A stretch of 32,000 nucleotides of DNA from Formosa sp. Hel1_33_131 (GTDB taxonomy: Bacteria; Bacteroidota; Bacteroidia; Flavobacteriales; Flavobacteriaceae). A program made the translations under genes and the position numbers. The notes under the pieces are model-generated. The model was given only the letters and a program-made list of their open reading frames with translations, had not been told where the DNA came from and made no database searches. Below, one piece after another: positions 1 through 8,238 of the stretch; the stretch's first letter is position 1; each line of letters begins with the position of its first letter. Location of the stretch: assembly GCF_001735745.1 (NCBI RefSeq), contig NZ_CP017260.1, positions 1,590,001 through 1,622,000 of the forward strand, read 5' to 3'.

Positions 1-1326
1 GCAGCTTTTAGCTGGGGAATAGGGTGTATGATTTATACCGTCTCTACGGGGATTGGTACTTGGGGTCTCAACAAAACCGTTGGTTGGGCTTGGGATATTA
101 CGAACTTCGTTTGGTGGGTTGGTATTGGACATGCAGGTACCCTGATTTCAGCAGTACTCTTATTATTCAGACAGAAATGGCGTATGGCAATTAACCGTTC
201 TGCGGAAGCCATGACTATTTTCTCTGTAATTCAAGCAGGATTGTTTCCAATTATTCACATGGGTCGTCCATGGTTAGCATACTGGGTATTGCCTATTCCA
301 AATCAATTTGGGTCGTTATGGGTCAACTTTAACTCGCCTTTATTGTGGGATGTATTTGCAATTTCTACATATCTATCTGTATCACTTGTATTCTGGTGGA
401 CAGGATTATTACCAGATTTCGCAATGATTCGAGATCGTGCGGTAAGACCTTTCCAAAAGAAAATCTATTCATTATTAAGCTTTGGATGGAGTGGACGTGC
501 AAAAGACTGGCAACGTTTTGAAGAAGTATCTTTGGTACTTGCAGGACTTGCAACCCCTTTAGTATTATCCGTACACACCATTGTATCTTTTGATTTCGCA
601 ACCTCGGTGATTCCGGGATGGCATACAACTATTTTTCCACCCTACTTTGTAGCAGGTGCAATTTTCTCTGGCTTCGCCATGGTAAATACCTTATTGATCA
701 TCATGCGTAAAGTATGTAGTCTTGAAGATTACATTACTGTTCAACATATCGAATTGATGAACATCGTCATCATGATTACGGGATCCATTGTTGGGGTTGC
801 GTATATGACGGAATTATTTATCGCTTGGTATTCAGGAGTTGAATACGAACAATATGCATTCTTAAACAGAGCAACAGGACCTTATGCTTGGGCCTACTGG
901 GCAATGATGTCATGTAATGTATTTTCGCCACAATTTATGTGGTTCAAAAGACTTAGAACAAGTATCATGTTCTCATTCTTTATCTCCATTGTCGTAAACA
1001 TTGGAATGTGGTTTGAACGTTTTGTGATTATTGTAACCTCTCTTCACAGAGATTACTTACCATCTTCATGGACCATGTTCTCACCAACGTTTGTAGATAT
1101 CGGAATTTTCATCGGAACCATTGGATTCTTCTTTGTATTATTCTTATTGTACGCTCGAACGTTCCCAGTGATTGCACAAGCTGAAGTCAAAACAATATTA
1201 AAGTCTTCAGGACAACGTTATAAAAACATTAGAGAAGCAGGTGGTAGCCTAGTCGGTACAGGTTCAGATGAACGTACAGATGCTATGACAAAACCAGCCC
1301 AAACACCTAAAAAAGAAAAAGAGTAG
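1..1326 (+). CDS. actC: Alternative complex III subunit ActC (NrfD/PsrC-like quinol-interacting membrane subunit), 5' end cut by window edge
   Basis: The reading frame is open from nt 1, with no stop before the ATG at 28. Polytopic membrane protein with NrfD-like sequence ([31 protein letters not shown]). Followed 3 nt later by ActD-, ActE- and ActF-like genes. Confidence 0.85.
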   Translation, partial: AAFSWGIGCMIYTVSTGIGTWGLNKTVGWAWDITNFVWWVGIGHAGTLISAVLLLFRQKWRMAINRSAEAMTIFSVIQAGLFPIIHMGRPWLAYWVLPIPNQFGSLWVNFNSPLLWDVFAISTYLSVSLVFWWTGLLPDFAMIRDRAVRPFQKKIYSLLSFGWSGRAKDWQRFEEVSLVLAGLATPLVLSVHTIVSFDFATSVIPGWHTTIFPPYFVAGAIFSGFAMVNTLLIIMRKVCSLEDYITVQHIELMNIVIMITGSIVGVAYMTELFIAWYSGVEYEQYAFLNRATGPYAWAYWAMMSCNVFSPQFMWFKRLRTSIMFSFFISIVVNIGMWFERFVIIVTSLHRDYLPSSWTMFSPTFVDIGIFIGTIGFFFVLFLLYARTFPVIAQAEVKTILKSSGQRYKNIREAGGSLVGTGSDERTDAMTKPAQTPKKEKE

Positions 1327-1329
1327 CCT

Positions 1330-1863
1330 ATGGGATCTTCAAAAGTTATTCACGCACTATATACAGATGATGATGTATTATTATCTGCAGTCAAGTCCGT
1401 ACGTTCCGAAAAGCATCATATCGAGGAGATATTCACGCCTTTCCCAGTACACGGATTAGACAAAGCAATGGGATTAGAACCCACTCGTATTGCCATCGCT
1501 GCCTTTATGTATGGCTGTGTTGGTTTGATTGTAGCGACTGTCATGATGAATTACATCATGATCGAAGACTGGCCTCAAAACATTGGTGGAAAACCGAGTT
1601 TTAGCTATATCGAAAACATGCCGGCATTCGTGCCAATTATGTTTGAGTTAACCGTCTTTTTTGCGGCTCACTTAATGGTGATTACCTTTTACCTAAGAAG
1701 TAGAATGTGGCCATTTAAAAATGCAGAAAACCCGGATCCAAGAACAACAGATGACCATTTTTTAATGGAAATCTCTGTTCATGATAATGAAAATGAATTA
1801 AAAACCTTGCTGACCCAAACAGGAGCAGTAGAGGTTCATATCGTTGAAAAAGAAGCACATTAG
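1330..1863 (+). CDS. actD: Alternative complex III subunit ActD (DUF3341-type membrane protein)
   Basis: 177-aa ORF starting 3 nt after the actC stop. It has a soluble N-terminal part plus two hydrophobic helices (IAIAAFMYGCVGLIVATVMM, FVPIMFELTVFFAAHLMVITF). Its position between ActC and the monoheme cytochrome matches the ACIII gene order. Confidence 0.75.
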   Translation: MGSSKVIHALYTDDDVLLSAVKSVRSEKHHIEEIFTPFPVHGLDKAMGLEPTRIAIAAFMYGCVGLIVATVMMNYIMIEDWPQNIGGKPSFSYIENMPAFVPIMFELTVFFAAHLMVITFYLRSRMWPFKNAENPDPRTTDDHFLMEISVHDNENELKTLLTQTGAVEVHIVEKEAH

Positions 1864-1867
1864 TATT

Positions 1868-2419
1868 ATGAAAAGTGTATCAAAAATAATCGTCTTAGCA
1901 TTGGTCCTTGTCACTGTTTTTTCATGTCAAAATGATAACAGTCCAAACTACCAATACTTCCCAAACATGTATGCACCTATAGGCTATGAAGCTTATGGCG
2001 AGTACGATGTTTTTCCAAACTCCCAAGAGGCATTATTGCCTGTTGAAGGAACGATCTCTAGAGGTCATTCTTTATATGAATTTGAAAACAGTAACGAAGG
2101 TTATGCAGCAGCGCTTTCAGATTTAAAATCTCCCATAGCATCTGCTGAATTAGACGCTAAAAGAGGAAAAGAGCTGTATGAGATTTACTGTGGTATTTGT
2201 CATGGAAACAAAGGCGCTGGTCAAGGAAAGCTTGTGAAAAGAGAAAAAATTCTTGGAGTTCCAAGTTATGCAGATAGAGCCATTACTGAAGGAAGTATTT
2301 ACCACGTTATCTATTACGGTAAAAACACTATGGGATCTTACGCAAATTTATTGAATGAGGAAGAACGTTGGCAAGTGACTGCTTACGTAGAAACCCTTAG
2401 AGCAGAATTAAAAAAATAA
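1868..2419 (+). CDS. actE: Alternative complex III subunit ActE, monoheme c-type cytochrome with signal peptide ending in Cys (possible lipoprotein)
   Basis: Single CxxCH heme-binding motif (CGICHG) with a distal Met candidate (GKNTMGSY). Signal peptide MKSVSKIIVLALVLVTVFSC. I prefer the ATG at 1868 over the TTG at 1844 used in the ORF track, which overlaps actD. Confidence 0.8.
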   Translation: MKSVSKIIVLALVLVTVFSCQNDNSPNYQYFPNMYAPIGYEAYGEYDVFPNSQEALLPVEGTISRGHSLYEFENSNEGYAAALSDLKSPIASAELDAKRGKELYEIYCGICHGNKGAGQGKLVKREKILGVPSYADRAITEGSIYHVIYYGKNTMGSYANLLNEEERWQVTAYVETLRAELKK

Positions 2420-2443
2420 GAAAAGTAAAACATTTATATCAAC

Positions 2444-3844
2444 ATGTACACGTTTTCAAAAAGACTTAAAATTGTTTCCCTCGCACTGTTTGTCATTGGT
2501 GCAATAGGATGGGGCACAAGCTATGTAGCAACACACGGGCTCACCCTCGATGATGTTAAAGTACTATTAGCAGAAGAAAATTCGCACCATGGAGCAGACG
2601 CTTCTCATGGCGAAGAAACGACAGAAGCAATGCATCATGACGTTCAAACAGACGCGGAGGCGCATGCTGCAATGATGCATTCCACACACGATTCTGACAC
2701 GCATGCAGAAGATGCACACGGATCGGAAGCGCACAATGATGATGCGCACGCAGAGCATGTATTGCACCAAATGCACAACAGACCTTATGCAGCTTTATAT
2801 GTAGCAGCATTCTTCTTTTTTATGATATCCTTAGGGGTACTTGCGTTTTACGGTATTCAATATGCAGCACAAGCAGGGTGGTCACCAGTACTATTTAGAG
2901 TCATGGAAGCCATTACGTATTACGTATTACCTGGAGGTTTAATTGTTTTATGTATCGCATTATGGGCAGATCATCACATCTTTATATGGATGGATCCAGA
3001 AGTCGTTGCACATGACGCACTGATTCAAGCAAAAGCAGGTTGGTTAGATAAAACATGGTTTGCAGTAAGAGGATTGATCTTTATCACAGGATGGAGTTTA
3101 TACCGTTATTTCTCACGTAAATTCTCACTAGCACAAGATCAAGCAGATATAAATGACAACAGTTTCTTTAAAAAGAACTTTAGAATTTCAGCAGCATTCT
3201 TAGTATTTTACATCTACACAGAATCCATGATGTCTTGGGATTGGATCATGAGTGTTGACCCACACTGGTTCAGTACCTTATTTGGATGGTATGTATTTGC
3301 AAGTATGTTTGTCAGTGGAATCACAGTAATTGCATTGATTACAATTTATCTAAAATCTAAAGGATTGATGGAGTTTGTAAACGACAGTCATTTACATGAT
3401 TTGGCAAAATTTATGTTTGCGATTAGTGTGTTCTGGACCTATTTATGGTTCTCACAATTCATGCTTATCTGGTATGCAAACATTCCTGAAGAGGTCACCT
3501 ATTTTGTAACCCGTATTGAAGACTACAACTTACCATTCTTTGGAATGATTATATTAAACTTTATTTTCCCATTCCTAGTACTCATGAACAGCGATTACAA
3601 GCGTGTGCCATGGTTTATAGTAATGGCAGGTATTGTGATTTTATTCGGTCATTATATAGATATTTTCAATATGATTATGCCGGCAACAGTAGGAGACCGA
3701 TGGTTTATTGGGGTTCCTGAAATTAGTGCCATAGTATTGTTCTTAGGATTATTCTTATTCATTGTTTTTTATGCGCTTTCAAAAGCACCATTATTAGCAA
3801 AAGGAAATCCTTTTATCAAGGAAAGCGAACACTTTCATTATTAA
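2444..3844 (+). CDS. actF: Alternative complex III subunit ActF (second ActC-like membrane subunit) with a His/acidic-rich loop insertion
   Basis: 466-aa polytopic membrane protein directly after actE and before the oxidase genes. Conserved-looking membrane motifs (WDWIMSVDPHWFSTLFGWY, FMLIWYANIPEE). Confidence 0.75.
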   Translation: MYTFSKRLKIVSLALFVIGAIGWGTSYVATHGLTLDDVKVLLAEENSHHGADASHGEETTEAMHHDVQTDAEAHAAMMHSTHDSDTHAEDAHGSEAHNDDAHAEHVLHQMHNRPYAALYVAAFFFFMISLGVLAFYGIQYAAQAGWSPVLFRVMEAITYYVLPGGLIVLCIALWADHHIFIWMDPEVVAHDALIQAKAGWLDKTWFAVRGLIFITGWSLYRYFSRKFSLAQDQADINDNSFFKKNFRISAAFLVFYIYTESMMSWDWIMSVDPHWFSTLFGWYVFASMFVSGITVIALITIYLKSKGLMEFVNDSHLHDLAKFMFAISVFWTYLWFSQFMLIWYANIPEEVTYFVTRIEDYNLPFFGMIILNFIFPFLVLMNSDYKRVPWFIVMAGIVILFGHYIDIFNMIMPATVGDRWFIGVPEISAIVLFLGLFLFIVFYALSKAPLLAKGNPFIKESEHFHY

Positions 3845-3872
3845 TTAAAATTTAAAAAGACAACATATAACG

Positions 3873-4943
3873 ATGACTGGCTTATTAACAATATTAATTT
3901 TATTAGGGATCACAATTGCAATTTGGCAAATGGTCAAAATCTTTGATTTAGCACAAGTAAATAAAGATATAACTCAAGTTGCAAACGACGGTGACAACAA
4001 AACGCAAGGATACCTTATGTTGGGCTTTTTAGGCTTTATATACGGAATCACAATTGTGTCATTTGTACTTTGGGGCGATTTACCATTAACCTCTAATTCG
4101 GCATCTGAACACGGCCCTGAAATTGACCGATTAATGATCATTTCGATGGCAGTGATTTTTGTCGTGCAAACGATTACACAGTTTTTATTACACTACTTCG
4201 CTTTTAAATATAAAGGTGAAAAAGGACGTAAAGCATTATTTTATGCAGACAATGACAAGCTAGAGTTTCTCTGGACTATCATCCCTGTCATTGTATTAGC
4301 AGGACTTATCATGTATGGGTTGTTCACATGGACAGACATCATGTATGTTGACGAAGACGAGGATCCATTGGTCATTGAGTTATACGCTCAACAATTCAAC
4401 TGGAAAGCACGCTATGCTGGTGAAGACAATGTTTTAGGAAAAGCCAATGTGCGACTCATTAATCTTGACAACGCCAATATTTTAGGTTTAGATGAAGCAG
4501 ATCCAAATGCGCAAGACGATGTCATTACCACTGAATTGCACCTTCCTGTAGGCGTACCAGTATTATTCAAAATGCGTTCACAAGATGTGTTACACTCCGC
4601 CTATATGCCTCACTTTAGAGCACAAATGAATTGTGTTCCTGGAATGATTACACAGTTTGCATTCACTCCAACCGTAACCACGGAAGAAATGCGATTGAAT
4701 CCTGACATCTATGAAAAAGTAAGAAACATCAATAAAATCAGAGTTAATAAAAGTAAAAAACTACAAGCAAAAGGCGAAGAACCTTTAGATAGCTATGAGT
4801 TTGACTACCTATTACTTTGTAATAAAATATGTGGAAAATCACACTATAACATGCAAATGAAAATCATTGTAGAATCGGAAGAAGACTACAAGGCATGGTT
4901 ACAAGAGCAAAAATTATTCAAGAACTCCCTAGTTCAAAATTAA
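3873..4943 (+). CDS. coxB: Cytochrome c oxidase subunit II (CuA subunit, no fused cytochrome c domain)
   Basis: Cupredoxin domain with CuA ligands: His in DVLHSAYMPHF, then C-NKI-C-GKS-H-YN-M (CxxxCxxxHxxM). Canonical second TM helix LEFLWTIIPVIVLAGL. No CxxCH anywhere in the protein. Confidence 0.9.
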   Translation: MTGLLTILILLGITIAIWQMVKIFDLAQVNKDITQVANDGDNKTQGYLMLGFLGFIYGITIVSFVLWGDLPLTSNSASEHGPEIDRLMIISMAVIFVVQTITQFLLHYFAFKYKGEKGRKALFYADNDKLEFLWTIIPVIVLAGLIMYGLFTWTDIMYVDEDEDPLVIELYAQQFNWKARYAGEDNVLGKANVRLINLDNANILGLDEADPNAQDDVITTELHLPVGVPVLFKMRSQDVLHSAYMPHFRAQMNCVPGMITQFAFTPTVTTEEMRLNPDIYEKVRNINKIRVNKSKKLQAKGEEPLDSYEFDYLLLCNKICGKSHYNMQMKIIVESEEDYKAWLQEQKLFKNSLVQN

Positions 4944-4971
4944 AAAATTAAAGAAATAACAACATAAGATT

Positions 4972-6765
4972 ATGTCAGCACAGGTAGATACTCACGCACA
5001 CCAAGACGATCACGGACATCATCCCAAAGAAACTTTTATAACAAAGTATATCTTTTGTCAAGATCACAAGATGATCGCTAAACAGTATTTGATTACGGGG
5101 CTTATTATGGGTATTATTGGGGTATTAATGTCTCTTTTAATGCGTATGCAAATCGCATGGCCTACAGAGCCAAATGTAATTTTTGAAGCTCTTTTAGGCA
5201 AATGGGCACCAGGAGGTGTGATGGATGCAGATATCTATCTAGCCTTAGTCACCATTCATGGAACCATCATGGTATTCTTTGTATTAACGGCTGGCTTGAG
5301 TGGAACCTTTAGTAACTTATTAATTCCTTTGCAAATTGGAGCACGAGATATGGCCTCTGGATTTCTTAATATGATTTCTTACTGGTTATTCTTTTTGTCT
5401 AGTGTGATTATGGTTGCTTCCTTTTTTGTAGAAGCAGGGCCCGCAGCAGCAGGTTGGACAATTTACCCTCCATTAAGCGCATTGCCTATGGCACAAGGTG
5501 GATCAGGTGCAGGAATGACTTTGTGGTTAGTATCCATGGCAATCTTTATCGCCTCCTCTTTATTAGGATCTTTAAATTACATCGTAACTGTTTTAAACCT
5601 CAGAACAAAAGGAATGTCAATGACAAGATTACCATTAACTATATGGACGTTTTTCATCACCGCTGTCATTGGTGTGGTATCGTTTCCAGTCCTATTATCG
5701 GCAGCATTGTTGTTAATTATGGACCGTAGTTTTGGAACCTCTTTCTTCTTATCGGATATATTTATTCAAGGAGAAGTATTACACTACCAAGGTGGATCTC
5801 CTGTATTATTTGAACACTTATTCTGGTTCTTAGGACATCCTGAAGTATATATAGTTATTCTACCGGCTATGGGCTTAGTATCAGAAATACTAGCAACCAA
5901 TTCGCGTAAACCAATTTTTGGATACCGTGCCATGATAGCCTCTGTTTTGGCGATTGCATTTTTGTCAACCATTGTATGGGGACACCATATGTTTATTTCA
6001 GGAATGAATCCATTTTTAGGATCGGTATTTACATTCACCACTCTATTAATAGCCATTCCATCCGCAGTAAAAGCCTTTAATTGGATTACCACCCTTTGGA
6101 AAGGAAATATACAACTGAACCCAGCAATGCTGTTTTCTATTGGATTTGTTTCAACCTTCATTACAGGAGGACTTACCGGAATTATTCTTGGAGACAGTGC
6201 TTTAGATATCAATGTGCATGATACGTATTTTGTAGTGGCACACTTCCATTTAGTAATGGGAATATCAGCACTCTACGGATTGTTTGCAGGAGTTTACCAT
6301 TGGTTCCCAAAAATGTTTGGACGTATGCTTAACAAAAACTTAGGATACATTCACTTCTGGGTCACGGCTATTTGTGCTTATGGCGTATTTTTCCCAATGC
6401 ACTTTATTGGGATGGCAGGATTGCCAAGACGTTATTACACCAACAGTAACTTCCCATTATTTGATGACACTTCAAATGTTCAAATACTAATTACCGTATT
6501 TGCACTTATCGGAGGAGCGTTTCAATTGGTCTTTATATGGAACTTCTTTCACAGCATATTCTTCGGTAAAAAAGCAGAACAGAATCCTTGGAGGTCTAAC
6601 ACATTAGAGTGGACAACACCTGTAGAGCATATCCACGGAAACTGGCCAGGAGAGATTCCTCATGTACACCGTTGGTCTTATGACTACAGCAAACCAGGTC
6701 ACGACGACGACTTTGTACCACAAAACGTCCCTTTAAAAGAAGGCGAAGAAGAGCTGCAACACTAA
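4972..6765 (+). CDS. coxA: Cytochrome c oxidase subunit I (heme-copper oxidase catalytic subunit)
   Basis: 597 aa with about 12 or more TM segments. Hallmark motifs WFLGHPEVYI, VWGHHMF (CuB histidines) and VVAHFHLVM (heme ligands). Confidence 0.95.
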   Translation: MSAQVDTHAHQDDHGHHPKETFITKYIFCQDHKMIAKQYLITGLIMGIIGVLMSLLMRMQIAWPTEPNVIFEALLGKWAPGGVMDADIYLALVTIHGTIMVFFVLTAGLSGTFSNLLIPLQIGARDMASGFLNMISYWLFFLSSVIMVASFFVEAGPAAAGWTIYPPLSALPMAQGGSGAGMTLWLVSMAIFIASSLLGSLNYIVTVLNLRTKGMSMTRLPLTIWTFFITAVIGVVSFPVLLSAALLLIMDRSFGTSFFLSDIFIQGEVLHYQGGSPVLFEHLFWFLGHPEVYIVILPAMGLVSEILATNSRKPIFGYRAMIASVLAIAFLSTIVWGHHMFISGMNPFLGSVFTFTTLLIAIPSAVKAFNWITTLWKGNIQLNPAMLFSIGFVSTFITGGLTGIILGDSALDINVHDTYFVVAHFHLVMGISALYGLFAGVYHWFPKMFGRMLNKNLGYIHFWVTAICAYGVFFPMHFIGMAGLPRRYYTNSNFPLFDDTSNVQILITVFALIGGAFQLVFIWNFFHSIFFGKKAEQNPWRSNTLEWTTPVEHIHGNWPGEIPHVHRWSYDYSKPGHDDDFVPQNVPLKEGEEELQH

Positions 6766-6791
6766 ATGCTCATAACTTAATAGTATATTTA

Positions 6792-6825
6792 AAAGCCTTT
6801 CTTAAAACAAGAAAGGCTTTTTCTT
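6792..6825 (+). terminator. Rho-independent terminator after coxA
   Basis: Perfect 12-bp stem AAAGCCTTTCTT (6792-6803) / AAGAAAGGCTTT (6809-6820) with a 5-nt loop, followed by TTCTTT. Confidence 0.8.
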
Positions 6826-6833
6826 TATATTTG
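6826..6833 (+). promoter_or_regulatory. Bacteroidetes-type -7 promoter box (TAnnTTTG) for ruvB
   Basis: TATATTTG matches TAnnTTTG exactly. It lies directly after the coxA terminator and 5 nt before the ruvB ATG at 6839. Confidence 0.5.
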
Positions 6834-6838
6834 TGTAT

Positions 6839-7861
6839 ATGAATGAAAACCTTAACCCTAACGACGATCACTTCACACCAGAAGAACAAGACATAGAAAA
6901 GGTGTTAAGACCCCTTTCATTCGATGACTTTGCGGGACAAGATCAAGTCCTTGAAAATCTTCAGATATTTGTAGAAGCCGCCGTAGAACGCGACGAAGCC
7001 TTGGATCATACCTTGTTTCATGGCCCTCCAGGACTTGGAAAAACCACCCTTGCACACATACTCGCCAATGAACTTGGCGTAGGCATTAAAGTCACTTCAG
7101 GTCCTGTACTGGATAAGCCCGGAGACTTGGCAGGATTGCTCACCAACCTTGAAGAACGGGATGTCTTATTCATTGATGAAATTCACCGTTTGAGTCCTAT
7201 TGTAGAGGAATATTTATACTCCGCAATGGAAGATTATAAAATTGACATAATGATTGAATCTGGGCCCAATGCCCGAACGGTTCAAATCAACTTAAACCCA
7301 TTTACATTAGTCGGTGCAACCACCAGATCAGGACTGTTAACCGCACCCATGCGTGCCCGATTTGGAATCAGTAGCCGTTTACAATATTATACAACAGAAC
7401 TACTTTCAACCATCCTCGAAAGAAGTGCTGAAATACTAAAAGTTCCCATCAGTTTTGAGTCCGCAGTAGAAATTGCGGGACGAAGTCGAGGAACCCCTCG
7501 TATTGCAAACGCCTTATTACGTCGTGTAAGAGATTTTGCACAAATCAAAGGCAACGGAAAAATCGACATTGAAATCGCCAAATTCGGATTGAAAGCCCTG
7601 AATGTAGATGCGCATGGGCTTGATGAAATGGACAATAAAATTTTGACCACTATTATTGATAAATTCAAAGGCGGGCCCGTTGGTGTCACCACCATCGCAA
7701 CCGCAGTGAGTGAAAGTCCAGAAACAATCGAAGAAGTTTACGAACCTTTTTTGATTCAACAAGGATTTATCATGCGAACACCCAGAGGTCGTGAAGTCAC
7801 CGATCTTGCATACAAACATTTAGGACGCATTAAAGGCGATATTCAAGGAGGACTGTTTTAG
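6839..7861 (+). CDS. ruvB: Holliday junction branch migration DNA helicase RuvB
   Basis: Walker [12 protein letters not shown] and Walker [10 protein letters not shown], with the typical RuvB length and C-terminal winged-helix region. ATG at 6839 (MNENL...) is preferred over the GTG at 6833, which lies inside the -7 box. Confidence 0.95.
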   Translation: MNENLNPNDDHFTPEEQDIEKVLRPLSFDDFAGQDQVLENLQIFVEAAVERDEALDHTLFHGPPGLGKTTLAHILANELGVGIKVTSGPVLDKPGDLAGLLTNLEERDVLFIDEIHRLSPIVEEYLYSAMEDYKIDIMIESGPNARTVQINLNPFTLVGATTRSGLLTAPMRARFGISSRLQYYTTELLSTILERSAEILKVPISFESAVEIAGRSRGTPRIANALLRRVRDFAQIKGNGKIDIEIAKFGLKALNVDAHGLDEMDNKILTTIIDKFKGGPVGVTTIATAVSESPETIEEVYEPFLIQQGFIMRTPRGREVTDLAYKHLGRIKGDIQGGLF

Positions 7862-7878
7862 GTTGATTTCATAATAAT

Positions 7879-7903
7879 GTCAGGCTGAGCGCAGTCGAAG
7901 CCC
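7879..7903. repeat. Left inverted repeat of the GIY-YIG unit
   Basis: The sequence is given above. It lies 15 nt upstream of the GIY-YIG ATG. Confidence 0.75.
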
Positions 7904-7918
7904 ATAAAAGTTTTTATC

Positions 7919-8231
7919 ATGTATTTTTATTACGTATACATTCTTAAATGCTCTGACGAATCGTATTATACAGGAGTAACAAACAATTTAGAGAAAAGGT
8001 TTAAACAGCATCAGTTTGGATTTAACAAAGGTTCATATACCTACAATAGACGACCATTGACGTTAGAGTTTCATCAAGAATTTAATGATGTTTTACAAGC
8101 GATTTATTTTGAAAAGAAAATTAAAGGATGGACAAGGTTGAAAAAAACTTGCCTTAATAAATGGAGATTTTGATATGTTACAAATCCTTTCAGAATGTAG
8201 GAATGCAACGCATTATAAATATAAAGACTAG
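7919..8231 (+). pseudogene. GIY-YIG nuclease family protein (UPF0213-like), apparently frameshifted in an A7 run
   Basis: The N-terminus YFYYVYILKCSDESYYTGVTNNLEKRFKQH is the GIY...YIG motif region. The annotated frame stops at 8173. After the A7 run (8141-8147) the +1 frame reads LALINGDFDMLQILSECRNATHYKYKD and stops at 8229-8231. Deleting one A joins the two frames into a ~103-aa protein. Confidence 0.6.
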
Positions 8232-8238
8232 TAATTTT

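Noticed and set aside
365-628. 87-aa antisense ORF inside actC
   Set aside because: It is embedded opposite a strongly supported membrane-protein frame and has no features of its own.
1844-1867. TTG at 1844 as the actE start
   Set aside because: It overlaps actD by 20 nt and adds a charged extension before a textbook signal peptide that begins at the ATG at 1868.
2556-2810. Two overlapping antisense ORFs (84 and 69 aa) opposite the ActF His-rich region
   Set aside because: They are artefacts of the repetitive GA/CA-rich codons (GAT/GAA/CAT/CAC/GCA) of the sense strand. The translations are low-complexity with no start context, and they are fully embedded in a well-supported gene.
5784-6212. 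142-aa antisense ORF inside coxA, and the 91-aa alternative-frame ORF at 5454-5729
   Set aside because: coxA is unambiguous, with conserved heme/CuB motifs in the sense frame. The overlapping ORFs have no recognisable features.
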